Assembly: GCA_964016885.1 (NCBI GenBank) | Contig: OZ024741.1 | Span: forward strand, 332,072,001-332,136,000 | Direction: 5' to 3' | DNA from: Eledone cirrhosa | Taxonomy: Eukaryota | Length of the DNA stretch: 64,000 bases | Shown here: positions 1 to 13,638 of the stretch, piece by piece | Layout of the letters: every line of letters starts with the position of its first letter | How positions within the stretch are numbered: position 1 is the first letter of the stretch | Notes under the pieces: generated by a model | Database searches by the model: none | The model's input: only the letters and a program-made list of their open reading frames with translations | Told to the model about the DNA's origin: nothing | Translations under genes and position numbers: made by a program

Positions 1-87
1 TTTATTGCCCTGCACTTTTTTATACAGCTGTCGTCTTTCATGCGCATCACGTGACCATACCAACGTAGCCTTCTCGCGAGTAAACAA
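1..87 (-). mobile_element. RTE-clade LINE fragment, continues beyond the window edge
   Basis: Near-identical reverse complement of ~3985-4071, the ...RRLRWYGHVMRMKDDSC... region. Confidence 0.85.
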
Positions 88-317
88 TATATATATATAT
101 ATATACACAGTTCAAGAGTAACCAATCTTAAAGAGAGAGATGGAGATAGGTGAGGAGATAGGAGAGGAGAGATTGGTGAATTAGTTAGAAACCAAAGCGT
201 AAAGGCATGTGCTCAATGTGCAATATGCAGTGGAAAGCACCTAGGTGGCTGGGTTCATGCAGAAGTTAGGCGCGCAGAGCTGGAAATATTCATTAGTTAA
301 GCAAAACAAGACCACAA

Positions 318-605
318 ATAACGGTCTCTCTATCACCATCGAGCCAAACCATAAAGTAGTAAACTTCCTAGACGTCACCCTGGATCTTAACAATAACCTA
401 TATTATCCTTACCATAAACCAGGTGAAATACTTACATTATTAGCCCACACTCTAACCACCCACCGGCAGTCATCAGAGCAGTAATCAAATCTATCTCGTA
501 TAGGATCTCCATGCTATCAGCAAATGTGGAGATATTTATAAACCATGCACCATATTATAATAAGGCTCTTTCTGAATCTGGTTATGAACAGTCCATTTAC
601 TACAT
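318..605 (+). pseudogene. Penelope-like element RT C-terminal remnant, frameshifted
   Basis: Translates ITIEPNHKVVNFLDVTLDLNNNLYYPYHKP, then after a frameshift HSNHPPAVIRAVIKSISYRISMLSANVEIFINHAPYYNKALSESGY; FLDV..Y.KP..SNHP is typical of PLE RT. Confidence 0.75.
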
Positions 606-719
606 ACCTAAATGCCATAAACAGCACTTCACCACAATAACCATAATAAACTTAACACTAGAACTAGAAATACCTTAGCATATAGCCAGATTCGCCGGAA
701 TTTTAGCAGTTACAGCACT

Positions 720-1170
720 TATACATAAAAACTGCCACCAAATTAAAGCACAACCGGCCTGATATTGTTGTTTGGGACCACACATTGAAAATGTGTTCTG
801 TTGTGGAGATCAGCTGCCCACTTGATGTAAACGTTGTCAGAAAAATACGGGAGAAGGAGGACATCTACGGACCATTGATGAGGAGTTTACAAATCCAGTA
901 TCCAAGATACACCTTTAGCTTCATACCCATCATTATTGGAGCTACGGGTTATATACTAACCCGCTTGGACCAATGTATAACTGAACTTGGATTTGCGGAC
1001 AAAGAGCGCAGCTCCCTAATTCATAGTCTACAAATGGCTGTGATAGCTGGCACCTTCAAAATTTGCAAAACATTCTTGCGATTCAAAGGATGACAATTTC
1101 TTTTACAACCTTGCCACCAGGAAGGTGGCCGGTCAAAAATATACTCGAAATTACGAGAAAGAGATAAACA
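720..1170 (+). mobile_element. 3' end of a non-LTR retrotransposon with restriction-like endonuclease (R4/Dong- or NeSL-like)
   Basis: Reads KHNRPDIVVWDHTLKMCSVVEISCPLDVNVVRKIREKEDIYGPL...PIIIGATG (RPD..E..K..Y motif), stop at 1093, 3' hairpin gccacc-aggaa-ggtggc, then TA-rich repeat. Confidence 0.75.
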
Positions 1171-1602
1171 TAAACATATATATATATAAACATATATATA
1201 TATATCAATTATATATATATATGAATCCTTGAAATGTCATAAAGGATTCTGCATGTGTGTGAATATGAATGGAGAGAAATGTGTATGTGTATATGTATGT
1301 AGGTGGTGGGGAGTTGAAACTCCAAGAAAGCTGAAGAAAAGAGGAAATAAAAGAAAAAGTAAACAACAAATTACAAAAAAAGAAAATTAAAATAATAAAA
1401 ACCACACTAAAGATAGAAATACAAGAATAAAATCTGCTGGGTTGCAGGGGGCGAGGTGGCAATGGCTGTAGTGGAAAAAATCTGCTGCAGGGAACTGACA
1501 ATTAATTTAAATAAATAAAAAAAAAGATTTTTTAATGTATTATTAAGCATACACACACATAAATATGTCTATAAATATGGGGGTGAATATATATGTATGT
1601 GT

Positions 1603-2768
1603 TTCATCATCATCGTTTAATGTACATTTTGCATGCTAGTATAGGTAGAATGTGTGCTGTCCTGTTGTGAGACATCCAGGTCGGAGAACTGTGTTTTGCT
1701 CACACAGAACTAATTTTGGCTTGGTTTCTATGGCTGTATGTCCTTCCTAATGCCAACCACATTTGCAGCATGTACTGGGTGCTTTTTTCGGTTGCACCTA
1801 CACGACCACTTTACAGTGTGGGCTGGGTGCTTTTGTCATGGCACCTACACAACAATTTTACAGTGTGGACTGCCTAATTTTTCTCGCAGTTCAGTTATGC
1901 TTTCCAATTTTCACAGGTCCTCTGCACACAGTGCCTAGGTCTCACTACCTTTCATTTTTGGGGAAAAAACTTTTTTTAGTGAGCAGTGGTAGTAACTCTC
2001 TGAACTTTCTCCAACCCATTCTCACTCTGGCTACTGTGATTTCAGAACACCCTCCACCACTGCTAATTTTGTCATCCAGGTAACAGAAATTATCTACTAC
2101 AGAGCCCTCTGGACATTTTAAGGAGGTAGTATCCTGAGAGCTCTTGCTACTTACTGCCCCTGTGCACCGGCCACATGTAAAACCTGCACTTTTTGTTAGT
2201 CTACATGAGATCTCTTGTGTACCCATAGTTTTCATTTGGGACATAGGATGGAATTTCTATCTACACCTTTTCTGCACACTGAGCAAGGTCATTTCCCTGA
2301 GGAGATCTGGGCCCTCCTATCCTTTCTACTTGCTAGAACTTTAGTCTTTACCTAATTGACTTTAAGACCTTTTGATTCTAGGCCATGCTTCCAGGTTTGG
2401 AATTTCAATTCTAATTTAGCTATAGATTTAGCTATAAGAAGTTCCTATGGGCAGCCAGTCTTAAATTCCCCCATTATTGTCTGCAGGACACATACATATA
2501 TATTCACACCCATAAACAGGAGGGAGTTAAGAACTGAGCCTTGATGAACACCAACCTTCATGCTAAATTCTTTGCTATAGTCATTGTTAATTCTGACTTT
2601 GTTGACTGTTCCTCCATACATGGCTTGTACTGCCCTCACAAGCCATTCGTCTAATCCTAGTTTTCTAAGAGTCCACCAGATAATGGAATGGCAGAGACTC
2701 TGTCAAAGGCTTTCTCCAGGTCTACAAAAGCCAAGTAGATGGGTTTTCCTTTAGCAAGGTACTTCTCA
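1603..2768 (-). mobile_element. Degenerate 5'-truncated RTE-clade LINE
   Basis: Broken frames give EKYLAKGKPIYLAFVDLEKAFDRV, VGVHQGSVL and SSGGGCSEITVARVRMGWRKFRELLPLL, homologous to 44491-47393; (GAT)n tail at the left end. Confidence 0.9.
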
Positions 2769-2782
2769 TGCATGTGTATGTG

Positions 2783-2815
<33 letters not shown>

Positions 2816-3721
2816 ATGTGTGTGTATTATAGATACATACATTTTTATTTATATATAGAGAGAGAGGGGGAGAGGAGGGGGAGAGGGGGATGTAAGAGAG
2901 AGAGAGAGAGAGAGAGCGAGAAGTGGGGGGAGGGGCTAGCTACCTAAAAAAATAGGCAGACAAGATATACACACATGAATTAAATATCCCTGAAATGCAC
3001 ATGAGGCCCCTTAGAAGTTGTTGACAACTTTTGACTAGTGATCACTAGTTGGTCACAAATAAAATCTGTCTACACAATGGAATGAACTTCTCTGATGAAA
3101 ACCATCAAAATATTACCAAACTCATCCAACTTAGTAAATTAAAATATTACTACTCTATTCTCTTTCCTTTCATTTATCTTGTACAGCTATCTATGGTTCA
3201 TATACTTAACTTTCAAAAACTTAAGAGACTTAACTTTTAACATCCTGCAATGTTTGAGCATAAAATGTTTGAAACAGATCTTATTCAATTGTTTTTAGTA
3301 TCTTTATTAGTGGAGAGATTGTTGTAAAAGTTTGCAGTACTAATTCTTAACATCCTATAATGATTTAGCAGAAAATGGCTAAAAAGTTTTGTGAATTAAA
3401 AATCATTATTGTATCTTTACTAGTGCAAAGATTATAATGAAAACTTTCACAAGACAAGTCTTTAGTCTTTAATGTGATACAGTCATAGCAGTATTGGACT
3501 TAGCTATAAGTTAAATAAGCTTTAGTTCAGAGTCACACACACACTCGGCAGCGGCATCATTGTCATCATCATCTAATGTCCATTTTCCATGCTAGCATGG
3601 GCAGTCTCTTTGTGAGAGATCATATCAGAGGACCTTGATTCGCATACACGAAACTGATTTTGGCTTGTCTTCTACAGCTGGATGCCCTCCCTAATTATAT
3701 AAATATATATATATATATATA

Positions 3722-3803
3722 TAACGAAGGAAATGTGGTAAGGAACCAGATGGACCATAACGCACCAAAGTACTCAATACTTAGGGTAGTAGAGTGGGTA
3801 ATA
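3722..3803 (-). repeat. Short-element family X, truncated copy without the hairpin
   Basis: gtggtaaggaaccagatggaccataacgcaccaaagtactcaatacttagggtagtagagtgggtaata is shared with copies at 5441, 21643, 22926, 34716, 37549 and 43722; (TA)n on both sides. Confidence 0.85.
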
Positions 3804-3823
3804 TATATATATATATATATATA

Positions 3824-5042
<1,219 letters not shown>

Positions 5043-5437
5043 CACCTCTCAAAGTCAATGACACACGACCGTGACTTCTGGCGTCACGCAGTAATACAGG
5101 GTACCCGACCTCCCATGGGTACATGCTGAAGCATATAAACAATATGCCCCCACTCCCCCCACCGCAAGGTGGTCGTGGAGGTGCCATGGCAAAAAAGCAC
5201 CCAGCCCACACTGTAAAGTGGACGTGTAGGCGCCACGAAAAAGCACCCAGCACTCACTGTAAATGAGGTTGGTGTTAGGAAGGGCATCCAGCTGTAGAAA
5301 TCAAGCCAGATCAGTTCCTGTATGAGCAAGGCATGGTCAGCCGACCAGACACTGCCCACAACAGGACAACCCGTCTAACCCATGCTAGCGTGGAAGAACG
5401 GACGTAAAACGGTGATGATGATGATGATGATGATGAT
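5043..5437 (+). mobile_element. RTE LINE 3' end (subfamily A)
   Basis: Reverse complement of ~44491-44887; ends in (GAT)n. Confidence 0.9.
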
Positions 5438-5440
5438 ATA

Positions 5441-5583
5441 GGAAAGCTCCGGCTTAGCTGTTGAAACAGCCGGAGCTCAGCTGTCGGGGTCCTGACTCTT
5501 TTCCTACCTACTCTACTACCCTAAGTATTGAATACTCTGGTGCATTACGGTCCACCTGGTATCTTACCACACCTTCTTTGTTA
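5441..5583 (+). repeat. Short-element family X, diverged copy
   Basis: gaaacagccggagctcagctgtcggggtc...ctactaccctaagtattga...cttaccacac matches the family consensus. Confidence 0.8.
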
Positions 5584-7239
5584 TATATATATATATAATT
5601 CATTCATTATCATTAACATTAATATAAAATATAATAATCATTGATCTAAAGTTTTTTTAAGAGAAGGGCCTCAAATTTTATATAGCTTAGGGCCTCAGCA
5701 TGTAGAAGTCCAGCCCTGATTCATAGTGCTGTTTTATTGTTCTCAAGAATGTCTTGCTAATGTGCTATCATGTGGTATATGATGCTGAGAGTTAAATTCA
5801 CAATAAATATGAATGTTATCTATAAACTGGTGTTAAAAAACTCTCAGGAGGGCCTTCTAGAGAAGAAACCCTCCCGAAGCAGGTGTTTCTGCCCTTAACT
5901 TCTGTGTTCATGAGACAAAGGATGATGAAACCTGTGTCAACATTTAAAGTGGGAAAATAAAATAACAATGTAAAATACTTAACTTCAACTAGACTTTAAT
6001 CTTCTCAATATGAATTACATTGAAGATTAATATAAAAATGATGGGAGATTTTAACTGTTTTTACATAATAACCTTTGTTAAGTTACCTTCCAAACACTAG
6101 CTTAATAATGAGAAATTTATATCCACTTCAAATTCTTGGTTATTTTTAAAGTTAATTGAAAATCATAGACAGTATCTTTGATTAGATATACAGTAACAAA
6201 TGGGTTAACATGTTTATATATATCTAAAAACCTGGCATCAAATTTTGTGTAAGGACCTTTCTTAAGTTATATTCCAAACACTAGCTTAATAATGAGAATA
6301 TTATCTTCCTAAGTCACACCAAATTCTTGGTTATTTTAAAAATAAGTTGAAAATTATAGCAGTATCTTTCGATAGAAATATAGATTATGATAGCAACACA
6401 TTATGATACCAACCCAGCCAAAACCTTACCTAGATCTACAAAACATAACCGCCCATTTTTAAATAATTTCCTGAATCATACCAAATTTTTGGTTATTTCC
6501 AAAATTAGTTGAAAATTATAGACAGTGACTTTCATCAGAAAGTATGATAATGAAGGATTAAAAAAAAAATCATTTCCTAAATCCAATAGAGAATGGTAAA
6601 CTTGAATGGTAAACCTTTCACCTTGTTATACATAGAACAATGAACAATTACTTCTACTCCCACTATCATTTAAAAAAGTAGAACAAAATGTAAACTATTA
6701 TATTATATCTAAGACATTTAGATAAGGAAAATGTTATTATCACATGAATGATAGAAAAAAAAATATATATAGGTGCATATGTGTGTTTGTCAGTATATAT
6801 ATGTGTGTGTGCCTGTGTGTCTGTGTCTGTGTGTCTGTGTCTGTGTGTCTGTGTCTGTGTGTCTGTGAATATTGTATGCAAAAAGTAAATGGAAACAACA
6901 AAGTCCAATGATGAAATATATTAGTTTAATGCTTGATATAGAAGGAAAATAGTATTTACGTTTCAGACACTAGTCCATTGTCAGAAGACAATGAGAAATG
7001 AAAGATGAAATAGAAAGATAGAGAGTGAGAGAAGGAAAGACCAGAAAAATACTTTTGAGAAAAGCACATGTATTCAGTCAGCCATATATATATGTGTGTA
7101 TATGTGTGTGTATATATATAGTGTATATATATATATATAGTAGTACAAACTTGGTATAAATATTCAAGGGTTTAAAGCACTCAGTCCATAGGATGAGTTA
7201 AGTATAATTTAATTAGTTACAACAGTGACATGTACATGT

Positions 7240-7339
<100 letters not shown>

Positions 7340-7394
7340 TTATATATATAGATATATTTATATATATCTATATATATTTATATATATATATATA

Positions 7395-7750
7395 TCACCT
7401 TGAGGTCACCTTGACCGACCAGTCTGTCAGGCGCCGCTGGTCACAGCACGTTGCTGTTTTAGCCATACGATCATGCCATGCCACTGGCTGGGCGGGCAGG
7501 CTGTAAGTCTAAAGTCTGTCTTATGCCAGAAGACTCATTTGGCCGATGCTTATCCCGGCTTCATGACGTGAACCGACTGAGAGCACAAGACTCCCCCCTT
7601 GGACAGGACGCCAGTCCATCGCAGGGTTATATCTCCAGCTATTGCTGGTACTCATTTTCAGCTGAGTAAACTGGAACAACGTGAAATAAAGTGTCTTGCT
7701 CAAGGAAACAACATATCACCCGGTCCGAGAATTGAACTCACTCATGTGCC

Positions 7751-7753
<3 letters not shown>
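7395..7753 (-). mobile_element. tRNA-derived SINE with CORE/V-like domain
   Basis: Minus strand has a B-box-like gagttcaattct and ccttgagcaagacactttatttcacgttg; related copies at 21843, 30283, 35338, 39290, 48380 and 56983. Confidence 0.8.
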
Positions 7754-7793
<40 letters not shown>

Positions 7794-8897
7794 TTATTTA
7801 TATATATATTTATTAAAATAACAGATTATATATATATATAAGAAAATGAGGGGTTTAAAGAAAAAAAAATGAGATGTCCTACACGATTGAAAGTATAAAG
7901 GAAAGAAATCAAAAATGCAACTGGAGTCTTTTTAAGAATATTTATTTGTTTCCTTCACCAGTTTCACAGTTCTTATGCTTTTCAAAAGTAGAATTGAGGG
8001 TTTGTGGTTTTTCTCGCATCTGCAAGATATATATATATATATATTTGGTTGACGTACGTCTCCGAACATATGTGTATTTACATGTAGGTATGTGTGTACG
8101 CTTGTTATATATTGTTATATACGTATTTATTTATATACATTTATTTAATTATATGTATACATGCACACACACACACACATATATATATATTTTTTTTAAT
8201 ATATATTTTTATGTGTATTTGGTGTATACATTCGTATGTGTGCGGGTACAGGTATTGCGTGGGTTCTGTATGTGCGTGCGTTTTTTTCTTTTTGTGTACG
8301 TGCGTGTATTTGTATACCTATGGCGAGAGTTTTCGCATATGCTTGTGTATGTACGTATATGGATGCGTGTATGTATTTATTTAATTTCAATTACCTCTGT
8401 ATTTTATTTACTTTATTCTTAACTCTGAAGCCGAGAATCATTCGGTTTCCTAGTTAGAATTTTAGTCTACGACTTCAGTTATACCATTTACGTGGCTTTG
8501 TCTTTGCGTGCAATTGTTCTCCCCACTCCACATATGACGTATTATCTTCGTTTTGTTCGTTCATTGCCAGAGAACGTCTCTATGAACCACCTAATAGAAT
8601 ATTAGTGTACGACTTCTTTTATACCATAAACATGGTTTTTTCTTTGTGTGTAATTGTTTTTCACCACTCCAAATAATGACGTATTATATTCGTTTTTTCC
8701 CGTTCTTTGCCAGGGAACGTTTCCATGATCCAAAGTATCGTCTTCCTGTCTTCCTCCGGTTGCAACGTTTTTGAAATATTCACTTCTGCGTTCACAGATT
8801 GACTTTGTTAGTTTCAGAAGATCCCATTAAGGGTGAAAGCAGCGATTCTTTGCTTAAACTTTAATCTGTTATTTTAATAAATATATATATATATATA

Positions 8898-9475
8898 TGA
8901 ATGAAAATAGACCAAGAAACGGGACTGTCCATCATCAGTAGTCTGCTGATTATCATTGGTATTTCTTTCGCATTAAAGACTAGATACCTAAAATCAGTGC
9001 GAGCGATTACTAAATTAAGTTATTGGGACAGACCAAATTGGAAGGGGAAAGTAAACAAACAACATGGTAGTAATGCAATGTAAAGAGAGGAAAAGAGAGA
9101 CAAGTCAATGAATATTGTGGGCTTAAGTCCGAACAAATCAATTGACAAGAAGAAGCAGACACGCGAACAGTGAGAGAGAAAGGATTTCATACAGGTCAGA
9201 CAGGAGGAAGTCAGAGAGGGGGAGTAGCAGAGAGTGAGTGAGTGAAAGTGTGAGGAAGAGGCCAGCCGGGAGTGTGTGACCAGCAGAGGGAGTGAAAGAA
9301 AGCAAGAGGTACAAGGAGAGAGAAGGGGGAGAGAGAAAGAGGATAGCAGTAACTTAATTTAGTTATCGCTCACACTGATTTTAGGTATCTAGTCTTTAAT
9401 GCGAAGAAATACCAATGATAATCAGCAGACTACTGATGATGGACACTCCCATTTCTCGGTCTATTTTCCTTCATA
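8898..9475. repeat. Element with ~125-bp terminal inverted repeats in (TA)n
   Basis: 8898-9022 is the reverse complement of 9350-9475; interior and arm sequence resemble parts of 23830-24450. Confidence 0.8.
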
Positions 9476-9519
9476 TGTATCACATTCGCAACAACGCAGC
9501 ACGCCATTTTTACATTCAC

Positions 9520-9551
<32 letters not shown>

Positions 9552-10140
9552 GTATATATATATAATATATATTATATATATATAAATATATATTACATAT
9601 ATATAAAAGAAAGTAAGGTTCTTTTAAAATGTCCAACATGGGTAAAGATATATGAAAAAGAAATTGAAAATGCAACTGGAATCTTTAAAGAATATTTATT
9701 TACTTTACCAGTTTTACAGTTCTTATGATTTTCAAGAGTAAAATTGAGATGGAGGGTTTATGTTTCTGGAAAAAGTCTCCAGTTACATTTTTAATTTTTT
9801 TCCCTATATATAATATTTTAAATGAGTTGATAATACAACCATATAAAGAGAAAAAACATTTTAAAGCTCACAGCACGATAGGTATCACACTCCTATGATA
9901 ATTCTTTGGGCTTGTAATGGTAAATATTATTTGTACTTAATTCAATTCTGATAAGATTATTATAACAGGAATGGAATATTCTAGTTAGTTTAATAAAACG
10001 GTCGTAAATCAATTAAATGATTTAATTTAAATCCTTGTTAATCCTTATTCTTTTATATATATAAATATTTAGAAATGTCCATCCTATAAATAATTAAAAA
10101 AACTCAAAGATGCAATATATGTCAGTTTTCTTGTTAGCAG

Positions 10141-10297
10141 ATGTATCTACAGCAGACAACAGTGACATCTGGTGGGAGAGGATTTGAAGAGAACACCTTT
10201 ATGGGTCCCGACTGTTGGAGTGACATGCTGTTCTCTCATGTGGACACTGGACATTGCTGGACAGAAAGAGACTTTGGCCAGTATGAGGAAATACCAG
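10141..10297 (+). CDS. Candidate exon 1 of an unidentified host gene
   Basis: Pyrimidine tract + tagcag| acceptor and CAG|gtatgt donor; only the frame MYLQQTTVTSGGRGFEENTFMGPDCWSDMLFSHVDTGHCWTERDFGQYEEIP is open throughout; unique sequence; ends in phase 1. Confidence 0.6.
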
Positions 10298-11154
10298 GTA
10301 TGTTGTATGAGAGAACACTGTCACATTTCTGGTTTCTTAGTCACACATCTTGCATAATAATACCTAAATAATTAATTTGAATGTCCTTCACCATAAAATT
10401 ACTAGATGGCATGGCATGGCATGGCACCTACATGTGTAATATATATAGACGCATATTTATTATATATAACACAAGTAAGAAGTAACTATAAGGTTGTATC
10501 AAAACAATTGTAAGGGTTAAACTATGTAAGAACTTATTTCTGTCATCCTAATTTATGTATCACACATAAATGGATCAGACATAGCTGCCAATCTGGGGTT
10601 CTGTTTAAACTCGTGAATATGAGGCAACAAAGGGGAAAGCTCATCATTACTATTCCCAAGAAAATATTTTTAAAAAAAGGCAAAGAAAGGCAACACTTTG
10701 AGAGTGTGGTAATAGTTGAAGCTGACATAATAAATCAGGACCAGTAATATTACAATTCTGGATCTGATCTAGACTCTTGAGGTACATGGCAGAAGCTTTA
10801 GCTCTGGTTTGATTTTTGTGTAGTGAATGAAAGAGAAATCCTTACTTTATTATAAAGTCCCTTGCCATCAGGTAGATATTCCTGATAGTTACCTGAACTT
10901 TGAACGAGATGATAGGACTGAAGACCAGATAATTATAATGCTAGAGAAAACTCCTATGAGATGCAACCTCCTAGGAAGCCAGTTAAACCTGCAAAGGTGT
11001 GAGTTATAAATTTAATTTTTGAGAGAAATTGGGGCAAGTAGAATTGCCAAGAAACATTGCTAGGAAAGCAATAATTAAACATCTGCCCTAGGCGGTAGGG
11101 TTCATGTACCATCTCCACTCAGTCAAGATATTTATGCTATATGATAAATTCACT

Positions 11155-11660
11155 TTTAGACACAAGACTAGCAAATTTGAAGGGGGGTGAGGAAGTCGGT
11201 AGAACCAACCCCAGTACTTGACTAGTACTTTATTATATTGCCCTCATAAGTCAGAAAGTCAAAGTTGACTTCAGAGAGATATGAACTCAGAATCAGAATG
11301 AAAAGAACCTGGAACAAACCTTACAAAGCTTTCATTCAACATTTTATTGGTTCTGCTAATCCACTGCTCTTGCTTCTACTATATAATTCTTAACATTGGC
11401 CTTTAAAGAATGGAAAGCAAAGTTGACTTTGGCAGGATTTGAACTCGTAATGTAAAGAGCCTGGGACAAATATCACAAAGCTTTCATTCAATGATGTAAT
11501 GGTTCTGTTAATCCACTGCCTTTACTTCTATATAGTTCTTTTTCCCAATAGCCCTGGATTTCAGCGAGACTTGAACTCAGAATGTAAAGAACCATGAACA
11601 AATACCACAAAAGATTTAACCTGACGCTCTACTGATTCTGCCAATCCACTGCTCTCACTT
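11155..11660 (-). mobile_element. Cluster of three degenerate Deu/Nin-domain-like SINE copies
   Basis: Repeated aaagttgact..ttgaactcagaat...aatccactgc blocks, homologous to the 18655-19062 copies. Confidence 0.65.
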
Positions 11661-12109
11661 CTAATATATAATAAACTGAATAAGTGAAATCTGTTAATGT
11701 TTTCTGACAGTAGAATGCAAGCTGTTACTGTCAGCTTTAAATATCTAAAGTGGCCATAACAGAAACTACAACAACTTACTTATAAGTCATATAAATATGA
11801 TAAACATTGCTTTTATAAGAACAAGACAAACATCCATTTTGTTCACTGTAAATATTAGCTCTATTGATTGGAATAATAGATATTGCTGTAGCCATCATTG
11901 TTGTTGTTATTGTTGTTGCCATCATTGTTGTTGTAGTTGTTATCATTGTCATAGTTATGGTATGTTTTCATTACCTTCATCATTGTCTTCATCCCTATCA
12001 TCATTACCTCCACCACAACTATCACCATCACCGTCTTCACCACCACCATCACAACCACAACCCCACCATCATTGTCATCACTCTTATCATTACCTCCTCT
12101 ACAATTATC

Positions 12110-12800
12110 ATTACAAGTGGCATCCCAGACGAGGGGTTTGCCACTGCGGAACGGGAAGATGGTCATGCCATCTGGCCTTTTGCCGTCCCCTTGATTCAGC
12201 CCCACCGGCTCGAGCTGGGAAGGGAAGCCTGCAGTGTCCAAGCCATGCTTGGTGATCTCGTTGAGGGCAGCATGGCGTGGAATGCAGCTGACACTGTGGC
12301 GACAGGAAAGCGGGTGGAGGCCGAAAGAGTCCACGGTGGAACCGCAGCGACATTGGTGTGGCTGGCAGATCTGGAGGCCGAGCCTCAGGGAAACGCCGAT
12401 TCGCAGGCTATGGTTGTCTAGCTGCATGCCAGTGGAGAAGGAGGGCAGGGCATGGAGCCAGGCACCACAAGCAAAGCGGTGCTGGTCAAGCTGGCGCGTG
12501 AGCCTGTCTGAGGCCAAGCTGCACTGGATGGCATCCCAAGTGCGTTGGGGGGATTTGACGTCAACAGAGGGAGAAGGAGGAGGGACGTCTACTGGGCTAA
12601 GTCCCAGCCGGTCCCATTTCTCACAGGCGGCCTCACGTTCTCTGAACACAGGGGGTTCTGTTGTGTTTTGAAGAACCCTGCTGATGAGGACGCGGCACGA
12701 GGTTACCGACGAAAGATACGCTGGCAAAGCTAGTGAGATCGGGGACTGGAGGCCAAGGCCACCATACCTGACCGGTAAAGTGGCCTGCTGCCACCCTATG
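12110..12800 (-). mobile_element. CRE-clade-like non-LTR retrotransposon fragment (CCHC knuckle + RLE start)
   Basis: GAWLHALP...LRLGLQICQPHQCRCGSTVDSFGLHPLSC...RHAALNE...EPVGL..GDGKRPDGMTIFPF..GKPLVWDATC; GC-rich island inside (CAT/CAC)n. Confidence 0.85.
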
Positions 12801-13572
12801 TCGTTACCTCATCTACACCACCTCCATCACTGTCATCATCATCATCACTATCACAACTGCTGCTGCCGCCATCACCACCACATCCCAACTATCATCACAA
12901 CCACCATCACCACCACCATCATTGTTTGCATTTTAATATAATTCTTTATTTCCTCCTTCTTCCTGTCTCTGTTGTAATAATCCCCAACACTGCTCCTTAC
13001 AACATGTCTTCATCTTGTAATACCACAAATATAAGGCTCTATATTTGACCCTTTCATGACCATATTTCTAATGAAATATACCATATTTTGATTAATTATT
13101 TAATAAGCACTTTCATACCAAACTAACAGAAGCCCCATTTGGTTCTGTTTGTTTAAAGTATTTATATTTATATTCATCTCAAAAGCTTCCATTATAAAGA
13201 GCAATCTTCAACTGCATCAAAGACATAACTTCCCTAGTGTTGGTGCTATGTAAGAGAATCAAGCCAAAAAATGCTTGCCAAAGAAAGGCTTGGGGGGAAC
13301 ACTCAGTTGTGTCCAAAACATGACAACCTCTCCTGTGTACTCAGTTAAACATAAGACCATACATAAGGGAGATGACAGATCTCTGGCTTGTCTGGGAGAT
13401 CGGTAGCCCCACTTCAGTATTGACTTCATCCAACCCTTGCTAACAGGGAAAGCAGAGATTAAAACAATGATGATGATGAAGATACCAAGGCAGAATTACC
13501 ATTATTCATTTTGAAGAAATTTTCCAATTACTGAGTTTTATCTTTCTATTGATGGTGAGATACATATATGTA

Positions 13573-13638
<66 letters not shown>

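Noticed and set aside
5745-5885. Possible upstream exon ending at CAG|gtgttt
   Set aside because: No acceptor and frame combination joins the neighbouring candidate exons without a stop.
10172-10297. Small-GTPase-like words PTVGV and LDIAGQ in an alternative frame
   Set aside because: An in-frame TGA at 10163 follows the available acceptors, no P-loop exon was found, and the spacing is wrong; treated as coincidence.
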